DNA of 64,000 nucleotides from Candidatus Zhuqueibacterota bacterium. Lineage in GTDB: Bacteria; Zhuqueibacterota; Zhuqueibacteria; Thermofontimicrobiales; Thermofontimicrobiaceae. How positions within the stretch are numbered: the first letter of the stretch is position 1; every line of letters begins with the position of its first letter. Shown here piece by piece: positions 9,864-18,878 of this stretch. Location: the NCBI GenBank assembly GCA_049322915.1, contig JBMOPW010000007.1, forward strand, positions 180,246 through 244,245, given 5' to 3'. The translations under genes and the position numbers were made by a program. The notes beneath the pieces are model-generated. The model was not told the DNA's origin, ran no database searches, and saw nothing but the letters and a program-made list of their open reading frames with translations.

Positions 9864-10409
9864 ATGAAAGAGCTACTTTATTTTTCTTTTGCTGATCTAC
9901 TGGTTAGGGTTGAGTATTCGAAAGAGGCGAATTCTCTGAAGTATTCCTCGCATCGTGACATTTCGTTTGGTGAACGGGTGGTGATTGAGCAATATCTTCT
10001 CTCCAATGTTGCTTTAAAGACTGAGTTCTATAATCGTCACCCGGCGTTGTTCATTTTCCTGGGAAAAGATGAGAAGCTGACGCGCGATTTGAATTTGTTC
10101 CATCTGAAGAATTCACTGAAGATGCTGGCGGGACATGAAAAAGAAGTCAATGAAAAGGTCGGAGAACTCATCAATTCGTCCATGAGCAATTATTATTTCG
10201 AACAGATAGGCGAAACGTTGCTGGAATTCCGGAATAATTTGAAGCAGTGCGGTGAATCGGCTGAGCAAAAGAAAGATGTGATATCGATTCGACAGACAAA
10301 GGAGAAAATGGGCGAACTGATTCGGGCATACAATATTTATTCGGACAAAAAAATATCGCTTCAGAATGTCGTACCCGTTGACCTGAAAGAATATTTCGAT
10401 TATAATTAA
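9864..10409 (+). CDS. Hypothetical protein
   Basis: 181-aa ORF with an AAGG RBS and no recognised motif. Confidence 0.7.
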   Translation: MKELLYFSFADLLVRVEYSKEANSLKYSSHRDISFGERVVIEQYLLSNVALKTEFYNRHPALFIFLGKDEKLTRDLNLFHLKNSLKMLAGHEKEVNEKVGELINSSMSNYYFEQIGETLLEFRNNLKQCGESAEQKKDVISIRQTKEKMGELIRAYNIYSDKKISLQNVVPVDLKEYFDYN

Positions 10410-10612
10410 ATCAGATGTTCATCAGAGCGACACCATCCCCTCTTAACCTGTAATCTATGTGATTGTGTATGAAGAGTCTTACGAGTACTATGAAATTGGC
10501 GAGATGAATAGCCTGCCTGACGAGGCGGGGTTTCATGGCGTCGGTTGAAATGAAAAATATGAGAAAGCCATTCGTTGAATTATTGGGCGGGGGTAGAATA
10601 GGAGAAATTGAG

Positions 10613-11896
10613 ATGAGAAAAGCTAACATTTGTGTGGGCATCGTAGCAATGCTGCTGTTTGTGTTTTCCAGTGGGTGGGCGCAAATTTTAAATACAAGCC
10701 GGCTCGGATTGGGATTTAATATTGGAGGCCAAAAAATTTACTGCGAGCACCCGCATACCGGATTTGGATTCGGAGCGGAGCTGTACGCCAAGTACAAAAT
10801 CAGTCCCAAGTTTTTCGCGACCGGGTCCTTGGGCTATGGTGAATTGAGCGATGGGACATCATTGTACGACCAAAATAGTTTTACGACCGATTTGATCAAC
10901 CTGGATGTCCGGGGCGGAATGAACTTGCTCATGGAGGGAACGTATCTGCCGTACGTTTATGCCGGACTGGGAGCGTTCAATTTCAAGTACAGTGGATTCA
11001 GCGAACGATTTTTTGATGGAGCCCTGTTCGTGGGTGGCGGCGTCGAAGCCAGGATAAATCCGATGATTGCGCTGGATTTTTCAATGGACTATCGCTACAC
11101 AACCGGCGATGATTTGAACGGTTATGCTGCGAACGCCAATGATGGCTACCTGAATATTCGCAGCGGCATCACCTATTATCTGAGCCCACAGTTCTCCGGC
11201 GGCGGCGAATCTGACGTCAATATTTCGGAACGCGCTCCCATTGAAGAAATCGAAGGGACGAACGAGAGTTCCCCGGATGAGGAATTGAACGCGCTCGTTG
11301 AAGGATTGGATAACTACGAGGACGCTTCCGAATCGAACATGGCAATGGAAGAGTACATCAAGTTGAAATCCCGCGTGGATCAGCTCAATGATGCCATTCG
11401 TCAGAAGGAATTGGAGATTGAGGAACTCAAGGCCCAGCTTTCGTTGCGAAAGGAAAAGGTCACCGAACTGGAGACCAACCTGCGCGAGCGCGGCGGAGCA
11501 TTGGCTGCATCGCTGAATGTTGACCTGAATGATTTCGCCACGAGCTATGAACAGGCATTACAGCATTTCTACGCTCGCGAATACGACGCAGCCATCTATT
11601 TGTTCTCCATACTTATGGAAACCAGCGCGACTCACAAGCTGGCCAGCAATTGCCAGTACTGGTTAGGCGAGTGCTATTTCGGTCAGGGTGATTATGCCAA
11701 TGCGGTCAATGCATTTCAGAAAGTATTGCCGTATGAAAATTCATATAAAAAGGATGATGCACTGCTCATGTTGGGGCGCACCTATATAAAAATGGGTGAC
11801 AGGACATCGGCCAAGCAGATGTTTGACGAGTTGATTTACAATTACCCGGACAGCGAGTATATCGAAAAAGCTCAGCAGTACGCCAGTGGATTATGA
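10613..11896 (+). CDS. Outer-membrane beta-barrel fused to coiled-coil and CpoB/YbgF-like TPR domain
   Basis: Signal peptide, amphipathic strands (PYVYAGLG, GITYY), coiled coil, then NCQYWLGECYF, DDALLMLG and YPDSEY. Confidence 0.75.
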   Translation: MRKANICVGIVAMLLFVFSSGWAQILNTSRLGLGFNIGGQKIYCEHPHTGFGFGAELYAKYKISPKFFATGSLGYGELSDGTSLYDQNSFTTDLINLDVRGGMNLLMEGTYLPYVYAGLGAFNFKYSGFSERFFDGALFVGGGVEARINPMIALDFSMDYRYTTGDDLNGYAANANDGYLNIRSGITYYLSPQFSGGGESDVNISERAPIEEIEGTNESSPDEELNALVEGLDNYEDASESNMAMEEYIKLKSRVDQLNDAIRQKELEIEELKAQLSLRKEKVTELETNLRERGGALAASLNVDLNDFATSYEQALQHFYAREYDAAIYLFSILMETSATHKLASNCQYWLGECYFGQGDYANAVNAFQKVLPYENSYKKDDALLMLGRTYIKMGDRTSAKQMFDELIYNYPDSEYIEKAQQYASGL

Positions 11897-11954
11897 GATT
11901 GATTGATGTGAACCAATAAAAAATTATCCCTATTCATCTCATATTTCATTTCAG

Positions 11955-11995
11955 AACCCTGCATCGATACTTCAATAACGATGCAGGGTTTTTTT
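11955..11995 (+). terminator. Intrinsic terminator
   Basis: 12-bp stem AACCCTGCATCG/CGATGCAGGGTT plus a T run. Confidence 0.8.
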
Positions 11996-12031
11996 ATGTT
12001 GAAAATCCAGAAAAAATTATTATCTTACCGC

Positions 12032-12853
12032 ATGCTCACTTTCACACACACCTATGCGCTGTTGCAGGCATTTGAAAAACAATGTCGGAGAGAAGGGACG
12101 TACCCATCGCCGGAATTAGTTCTCGGCAATGTCATCCCCGATTTCATCACCCACCTCGGTAGGGAGGAATACCAGAAGCTGGCGCATGACTTGACATTGC
12201 TGCACCCATCAGCCGCGTGGACAGGGCTGGAGTGGGGCATGATTTTCCATATCCTGTGCGATAATTATTCCACCCTGGGACGCATTTCATTCGAAGGCGA
12301 TTATCACGAATTCAGGAAAGATGGGTTCATTGAGCAAAGGGCGAACGCCGTTCAAATGACCGTGCCGCTGCATGTGCCGGGAAGACGCGTCCTCCAGTGT
12401 GCGCTGGACATCCTGGTGTTGCAAGAGGAAAAAGATACACTCATCCGATCGCTGGCGGGCGCGGCTAATTGTCTCACTGAACATGGCGACGCCATCGTCG
12501 CGCGGATCGCCGACTTGTATGGCATCAGCGCTTCCAGGCTTGAGGTGGGGATGCGTCGATTCCTGAAAATTTATGGTAGGGAATTTATCCATCAGGCGGC
12601 GTCGCAGGAGTATCGGTTGTTCCCGCTGGTGCGGAGTCTGCTCGATTTAGACACGCTCTCAGAGCCGGGGCACCTGTTGAGCGAAATTCGAAAACACCCG
12701 GAGTTGATGGAATTGATTGATGTGAATATGGGGATTATCAAACAGGACTGGCGGCGCCTGCTCGAAGAAATGGTTGAGGCAACTTTCACATTCCCGGGCA
12801 TGATGCAGGCTTTGGCTTGCGATTCATCGCTGCCGGGCGTCGAATCCGAATAA
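12032..12853 (+). CDS. Hypothetical protein, possible Zn-dependent phospholipase C/ACP phosphodiesterase-like fold
   Basis: N-terminal TH, GNVIPD and GxxxHxxxD pattern. Start moved to ATG 12032, since the upstream ATG lies inside the terminator. Confidence 0.55.
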   Translation: MLTFTHTYALLQAFEKQCRREGTYPSPELVLGNVIPDFITHLGREEYQKLAHDLTLLHPSAAWTGLEWGMIFHILCDNYSTLGRISFEGDYHEFRKDGFIEQRANAVQMTVPLHVPGRRVLQCALDILVLQEEKDTLIRSLAGAANCLTEHGDAIVARIADLYGISASRLEVGMRRFLKIYGREFIHQAASQEYRLFPLVRSLLDLDTLSEPGHLLSEIRKHPELMELIDVNMGIIKQDWRRLLEEMVEATFTFPGMMQALACDSSLPGVESE

Positions 12854-12884
12854 AAAAAAACCCCTCGGATTAGCGAGGGGTTTT
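12852..12884. terminator. Bidirectional terminator between convergent genes
   Basis: A9-CCCCTCG-loop-CGAGGGG-T4. Confidence 0.85.
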
Positions 12885-12907
12885 CGATAAAAATTGAATC
12901 TTAAAAA

Positions 12908-14350
12908 TTAGAAATTGTAGCCGAGTCCGAGCATCACATTCCAGGCGTTCATTTTGTATGTGCCAGCCATGTTGTGCTCTTCCCACGAGGTTACATCGAG
13001 TTCTTTTATAAGTAACTGTTCATAACTTCCGAACAACTCAATCCCGCCGATGTTGTAGCTCAAACCGAGATTGATGCCGTGTCTGCGATTGATATCAGGA
13101 ACGGTGATGGTCAGGTTTTCCACCGGAATCGCTGCCGGTTCGGTGTAATATCCACCGCGAGCTTTCAGGTTTTCCATGAGACTGTATTCGAGACCAGCGC
13201 TGAAACGGATGCCATCTTCCCAATTCTCGACGAGCTCCGATGTCGAATTGTCTTCTTCGACCGTGATTTCGATTACATCCCAGGCTGACCACTGTGTCCA
13301 GGAAACATCAGCCGCAATCAGCATATTTTTAATTCCTGTGTAAGAAATACCAGCGCCGAGCGTCATTGGGAGCGGCAATTTTGCATCGCCTTTGGCTTTA
13401 TCATAGACTACGCTCGGTTCGCTGTACACAGCCATTATCTGAGCTTTTGATGCTGCAGGCAACATACCTAACGCTACCATTTGACCCAAGGTAGCGTCCA
13501 ATGTTTGAATTGTTGTGGTATTAGATTCTTGCAGATAGGCGGTAGCACTAATTTTCCCATCCAATGAGATATCGTTGTACCAGGTACCAGCGATTCCAAT
13601 GGTCATATCCTCTGTTAAATCGTACTGAACTCCAAAATTAAATCCAATACCACTACCGGTGCCGTCTAATTCCTTATCAACCAGGAACGATTTATAGGCA
13701 TCAGAGGCGAGTCCCAGCGGTTGTAATACACCAGCTACAAGCTGAGCATAAGCGGGGTCAAGTAGCAAAGGATTCGGTTGTGAGTCCGGAGTGCGAATAA
13801 TAATATCAGCAATAGTATAGCTAAATCCAACACCAATAGAGAGTTTATCGGTTACTTTGTATGCGATTGATGGATGGATATCGATGATTTTTAGATCATC
13901 TTCAAAGTCATCGGCCGGGTACTTGGAATTAAATGTGGATGTGTTGAACACGTCCCAGGTAGCTCCGAGGCCAAAAGGTACATAAACGCCTAATCCAAAA
14001 GAGAACTTTTCTGTAGAGTAAACAAAGCCTGCAGCAGGAATGTAAAATGTTTTGTCGACGTTTTGTAGCTCGTCAGTTCTGTAGAAAGGTATTGGAGCGC
14101 CACCAAGGACTGTGTAATTCGCCGTTGGTTTAATTCGTTCCATGCTGAATCCAAAGTGCATTCCCTGTACTTTGCTGAGCCCTGCCGGGTTCCAGTACAT
14201 TGCACTCCAATCGTTTGCCACTCCACGGTATGCCCCTCCAAGTGCGGTCGCTCTGGCGCCAACGCCTGTTAAACCAACGCCGGACGCAAACAACGATGTG
14301 GTTAAAAAGAGAACAATAACAAAGGTGCTGAACGACGTAAATCGTTTCAT
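12908..14350 (-). CDS. FadL/OmpP1-family outer-membrane transporter
   Basis: Signal peptide, GARATALGGA..ANDWSAMYWNPAGL, PFGL and terminal YNF. GGAGG RBS before ATG 14350. Confidence 0.9.
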   Translation of the reverse strand: MKRFTSFSTFVIVLFLTTSLFASGVGLTGVGARATALGGAYRGVANDWSAMYWNPAGLSKVQGMHFGFSMERIKPTANYTVLGGAPIPFYRTDELQNVDKTFYIPAAGFVYSTEKFSFGLGVYVPFGLGATWDVFNTSTFNSKYPADDFEDDLKIIDIHPSIAYKVTDKLSIGVGFSYTIADIIIRTPDSQPNPLLLDPAYAQLVAGVLQPLGLASDAYKSFLVDKELDGTGSGIGFNFGVQYDLTEDMTIGIAGTWYNDISLDGKISATAYLQESNTTTIQTLDATLGQMVALGMLPAASKAQIMAVYSEPSVVYDKAKGDAKLPLPMTLGAGISYTGIKNMLIAADVSWTQWSAWDVIEITVEEDNSTSELVENWEDGIRFSAGLEYSLMENLKARGGYYTEPAAIPVENLTITVPDINRRHGINLGLSYNIGGIELFGSYEQLLIKELDVTSWEEHNMAGTYKMNAWNVMLGLGYNF

Positions 14351-14488
14351 TTTTTTACCTCCCAAAACAAGTGGTTTGTGAATTAGTTTTTTGTAAACAT
14401 TGACTTGTATCCATTTATTGATAGGCAAGTAGTCCGGGTAACGATCACCTCCAATCTGTCTAAAGTGCTTTAGACCATAACTGCTTTT

Positions 14489-16642
14489 TTAAAATTGCCG
14501 ACTAATTGTGAAAACGTAATTTCGCACCGGCGATAGATTTCGCTCGATTTGTAAATAGTTATACTGCAGCAGATTATTCACATTAAAGGCAAGTCCAAAG
14601 TCGTACAAGGTTGTGCTGATTCGGGCGTCCCAGATTTTTTGTGCAACACGGTCGTCATTGGGATAGACTTTCACGCGTTCCAGCCGGCTGATGTAGCGAA
14701 AATCCAGACCTGCTTCGAAAATGAGATAACGTACCGTGCCGCCGGCCGTTAACAGGTGACGCGGGCGATAGGCCAGATCTTCGCCGGTATCCATGTCTTC
14801 CGGCTGCATGAAGGTATAACCGAAATTCAGTGATAGCAATTGTCGGAAGAAACTTGCCTGCCCGGTCAACTCAATCCCGCGGATTCGTGCATTGGCGACA
14901 TTGGTGAATTGCACCGTCTGGTAAATGTCCGGCTCCGGTTCGATGAAGTTTTTATAATCATTGTGAAAGAACGCCACATCAAAGATGAAATGCTGGTTGA
15001 TGACCTGGTTGATGCCCATTTCATAGGACCAGGCGCTCTCCGCTTTCAGATAGGGATTTCGGATCACTTTGAAACCGGCCGTGAATGTTTCCGTGAACAT
15101 TTCAGCCATGGTCGGCGCACGGAATCCCCGTCCCACAGAGGCTCGGACCGTGGTGAGCAGTGTCGGCTTAAAATTCAATCCCAGCTTGGGATTGAATTGA
15201 TTGTCATGCTCCCCGGTATCCACGGTGTGGCAATCGAAACGGCCTCCCAGAGTGAGCGTCACTTTTTCAGCCAGATTCAGTTCATCCTGAACATAGGCCG
15301 CCAGGATATAACCGTCGTGATTCCCCCAAACCGCGGACGTGGTGTTGTCGAAAATGCCTTCGAACCCAAATGTCAGGGTGTGCATTTTATTGGGAATGTA
15401 ATCGCCCTGAATTTCCGCTCCGACTTTATTGGCAGCGGAATAATCGCTATTATCGTGATGATGATGCTTGAAGTTATTATAAAAATAGGACGTTCGGATT
15501 TTGTAGGTCAGCCGCGAATTGACCAGTTGGCGAAATACCATGTTCCAACTGAATTTGTTCGAATTGTTCCAGTCGCCGACCGCAGGCACTGGCATTTCGA
15601 ACGCATCGTTCTGATTGCGCCACAGAAATATTTCACCGTAATCACCGCCGGTGAAGTTCGATTGAATTGTCATCGTGGAATGCAGATTGAATTTGTAATT
15701 CAATTTCCCGACGAGATTGTAGCTTTCATATTCGCCATTTTGCTGGTAGCCCGTGGATTGCTTCCGTCCCGCAGAGACGAACAGGCCGGCATTGTCCCAG
15801 GATCGAGTGTGCGTTGCATCCAATTGAGTGAAATACAGCGTTTTGTCAGCCCATTCCCATTCAGGGTAAAACGGCTTATCGTACAGCCCGGTCGTCAACT
15901 GAACCGAGGTAATTGGCTTGAGCCCCGGCTCTTTGGTGATGATATTGATGACTCCGCCTAGGGCGTGGGAGCCGTACAGTGCTGAGCCGGCGCCTTTGAT
16001 GATCTCGACGCGATCGATTTGCGACAGAGGGATGATATCCCATTTAATATCGCCGCTGTCGCCGGGCATCATGGGAATGCCATCGATCAGCAACAGCACG
16101 CGGCTGCCGGCGCCGAGACTGAATCCGGACGAGCCACGGATATTGATATCGCCCTGCATGAGATGAACGCCCGGCGTATACTCCAGGAGCTGGTCCAGAT
16201 AGGTTTTATTCCTTCGTTCAATTTCTTTGAGAGAAATGAGAGAGACGCTGTTGGGGACATCCTGAAAACTCTGGGCTTTTTTGCTAGCAGTGACAATGAC
16301 GGCCGGGTTTTCGATGACCGTCTCCAGCAACGCGAATGCGATCTGAATTTCTTTTCCCTCGATGATATCGACGGTTGATGTTTGGCTTTTGTAACCCATC
16401 ATGGTGGCCTTCACCTGATAGCTGCCGGCCGGCACATGCGAGACGATGAAACTGCCATCCAATCCGCAGGAGGCGCCCATCAACGTGTGCACTAAAATAA
16501 TATTCGCCCCCGGCAGGGGATCGCCGGTTCGGGCGTCGGTAATTTTTCCGCGAACCGTCCCCGAACCGCCGGACTGGGCGTACATGCCGCCAGGCAGACA
16601 AAGCCAGAGCGCCAGATATATGAACATGATTCTAAGTTTCAT
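14489..16642 (-). CDS. TonB-dependent receptor with CarboxypepD_reg-like N-terminal domain
   Basis: GDPLPGANI, VIVTASK, IRG, RVEIIKGAGSALYGSHALGGVINIIT, NPYLKAE and terminal F. Confidence 0.93.
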   Translation of the reverse strand: MKLRIMFIYLALWLCLPGGMYAQSGGSGTVRGKITDARTGDPLPGANIILVHTLMGASCGLDGSFIVSHVPAGSYQVKATMMGYKSQTSTVDIIEGKEIQIAFALLETVIENPAVIVTASKKAQSFQDVPNSVSLISLKEIERRNKTYLDQLLEYTPGVHLMQGDINIRGSSGFSLGAGSRVLLLIDGIPMMPGDSGDIKWDIIPLSQIDRVEIIKGAGSALYGSHALGGVINIITKEPGLKPITSVQLTTGLYDKPFYPEWEWADKTLYFTQLDATHTRSWDNAGLFVSAGRKQSTGYQQNGEYESYNLVGKLNYKFNLHSTMTIQSNFTGGDYGEIFLWRNQNDAFEMPVPAVGDWNNSNKFSWNMVFRQLVNSRLTYKIRTSYFYNNFKHHHHDNSDYSAANKVGAEIQGDYIPNKMHTLTFGFEGIFDNTTSAVWGNHDGYILAAYVQDELNLAEKVTLTLGGRFDCHTVDTGEHDNQFNPKLGLNFKPTLLTTVRASVGRGFRAPTMAEMFTETFTAGFKVIRNPYLKAESAWSYEMGINQVINQHFIFDVAFFHNDYKNFIEPEPDIYQTVQFTNVANARIRGIELTGQASFFRQLLSLNFGYTFMQPEDMDTGEDLAYRPRHLLTAGGTVRYLIFEAGLDFRYISRLERVKVYPNDDRVAQKIWDARISTTLYDFGLAFNVNNLLQYNYLQIERNLSPVRNYVFTISRQF

Positions 16643-16677
16643 GAGTACTCCGTTATGAAGAAAATCCGGGATGGCTG

Positions 16678-17490
16678 TTATTCTTCCCGAAAATAGACGG
16701 TGAAATCGACATCTTCGATTTGACTGGTTTCTGTTGGTACAATGACTTCCTGGGGCTGAAATGAATTCTCCTTCAAAAGAATACCGACGATGTTCTCCAG
16801 CGCCCACGGCTGATCGATCAGTTTCATCACGACGCCAACCGCGAGAAATGTATCCGGCGAGGCGGAAATGAAATAGTCGGTGGAGTCCACGTACCCCGGC
16901 AGAATGCTGCTGAAACTGAAGTCCAGCAGGGTAATCGGCGGAAATGTCGTGCTGGCGATGACCATGAATCCTTCAATATTTTCCGGCCACTGCCCGACAA
17001 ATCGCACCGTTCCAGAAATACTGCTGCTACTACCCCGTCGCGCTTTGGAAAAATCAGCTTCGATGTTCTTCCCTGGAATGATCGTGTTTGCGTCCGGCAC
17101 ATTCACCATTTCGGGCGAGAAGGGATTGCCTTCTTCGAGTAGCAATCCGAAAATGCTTTGAATGCCCCAGGCCGCATCCTCCTCGCGCCAGACAAGGCCC
17201 AGGTAGTAATCGCCGGGATTCAGGTAGAATGTATACTCAGTGGAATCCCCGCCGATTGCAAGCACATCGCCGATGATCAGATCATTGACATCCGTTGGTG
17301 GAAATTGAGTGGCCGCCACAATTCGCACTTCGGCAGTTTTGGTTGGCCATTGGCCGAGATAATGGATTGTCCCGCTAATCCCGCTGCGCGTTGGCTCCAG
17401 CCCGTGGTCATCAGTGCAACCAACTGTCAGAGACATTGTCGCGATCAGGACAATCGCCTGAAGGTATAAACGTCGATTGGGAATTATCAT
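16678..17490 (-). CDS. Lipoprotein with internal duplication
   Basis: Lipobox-like TVGC and two repeats of ISGTxxxxGQWP...FPP. Confidence 0.75.
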   Translation of the reverse strand: MIIPNRRLYLQAIVLIATMSLTVGCTDDHGLEPTRSGISGTIHYLGQWPTKTAEVRIVAATQFPPTDVNDLIIGDVLAIGGDSTEYTFYLNPGDYYLGLVWREEDAAWGIQSIFGLLLEEGNPFSPEMVNVPDANTIIPGKNIEADFSKARRGSSSSISGTVRFVGQWPENIEGFMVIASTTFPPITLLDFSFSSILPGYVDSTDYFISASPDTFLAVGVVMKLIDQPWALENIVGILLKENSFQPQEVIVPTETSQIEDVDFTVYFREE

Positions 17491-17612
17491 GATAGTGTGT
17501 TGTTTTGTCCTCTGGTTGAAATAAAAAAAATCCATGAAACGGATTCATGGTCTTCAGGAGTAACGTACAGGATTATGTCTTTTGCTCAATTCAGGATCAT
17601 AGTTTGCAACTA

Positions 17613-17714
17613 ACCCTACAACGTCATTTAGCAAATTTATCACAATGTGTTGAATTTTTCATCAATCCAAAATACAGTATTTAACGCTACTAAATCTATG
17701 TGACGTAGTAGGGT
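17613..17714. mobile_element. 102-bp MITE-like element, copy 2
   Basis: TIRs ACCCTACAACGTCATTTAG / CTATGTGACGTAGTAGGGT, 16/19 complementary. Confidence 0.75.
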
Positions 17715-17944
17715 TAAGTAGTTGATGTTGTTCACGATGTGCACAAAGGAATTGGGCAGAAACCTGTTCTAAATATTTTGTCAATTCAACTTGTTATACT
17801 ATAAAAAGTTATATTAAAATCTTTTAATAATATAATAAAATTTCCAAAATGTCAAGAGTTATTTTTTAAAAATTGCATAATTCTAAGTCAGTGTATTTTA
17901 AAGAGAAAATGTCCTTGACATTCACTAAAAAATTTTTAAATTAA

Positions 17945-17962
17945 TGAATGAATACTCATTCA
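17945..17962. promoter_or_regulatory. FadR (YsiA)-type operator
   Basis: Palindrome TGAATGAATACTCATTCA matches the Bacillus FadR box TGAATGANTANTCATTCA and lies just after a promoter with TTGACA at 17915. Confidence 0.8.
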
Positions 17963-18008
17963 ATTTTAAATTGCCCCTGGTAGAAACGTTTTTAGTGAAG
18001 AAAAAACA

Positions 18009-18632
18009 ATGGCGAACAGGAAGAAAAATACCAACGAGAAACGCAATCGGATCCTGAAGGCAGCGACCCATATTTTCGCTCAGAATGGATTTTATAACTC
18101 CAAGATTTCGGAAATCGCCAGACTGGCCGAAGTCGCCGATGGGACGATCTATTTGTATTTCAAGAATAAGGATGATCTGCTGATTTCATTGTTCGAGGAA
18201 GAGATGAGCAAAATCATCCGGAACATGAGAGAAAATATTGCCAAAGAAAAAGGGTTCCGGAATAAGATTATGAAGTTCATCGAAATTCACCTCAGCCTCA
18301 TTGCGGAGAACAAGGAACTAGCGGAAGTTCTGCAAATTGAATTGCGGCAAAGCCATAAATTCATGAAAGAGTATATGGGCAGCAAGTTGAATGATTATCT
18401 CAATATCATTTCCTCCATCATCGTGCAGGGACAGAAAGAGGGCGAGGTGCGAAGCGATGTAGTCCCGGCTGTTGCCAAACGGATACTTTTCGGCGCTCTA
18501 GACGAGTTGTCCGGTTTCTGGGTGCTTTCGAAAAATAAACGCTACAGTCTGACCACCTCGGCGCAGATGATCAGCGAAATATTCGTCCGCGGTCTCACTG
18601 CCGATTGTGATAAAAATGAGGGCGCCGCCTAA
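18009..18632 (+). CDS. fadR: TetR-family regulator, Bacillus FadR/YsiA-like
   Basis: HTH IARLAEVADGTIYLYFKNKDDLLISLF and C-terminal QIELRQS. Confidence 0.8.
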   Translation: MANRKKNTNEKRNRILKAATHIFAQNGFYNSKISEIARLAEVADGTIYLYFKNKDDLLISLFEEEMSKIIRNMRENIAKEKGFRNKIMKFIEIHLSLIAENKELAEVLQIELRQSHKFMKEYMGSKLNDYLNIISSIIVQGQKEGEVRSDVVPAVAKRILFGALDELSGFWVLSKNKRYSLTTSAQMISEIFVRGLTADCDKNEGAA

Positions 18633-18878
18633 TTCGACTTTTTACTTCACTGCATTTCTAAACCTGCTCAGTGTGTCTTCGTTCACTCTACAAATAGCCT
18701 GGCGCGTTTTGGGATTTCTTTGTGGATTCATGGTTAAATTTTTACACCGCGAAGTAGCCTAACAATTAGAAAAAATGTTAATTATACCCGCCCAATAAGT
18801 TAAGAAAAATTCATTCGCCAGTCTGGAAAAAATTATGTATTATTAGGTAAATAGCTGAGTTGTTTTTACCGTCGATAC

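Noticed and set aside
14840..15961. 373-aa plus-strand ORF
   Set aside because: Antisense shadow of the TonB-dependent receptor.
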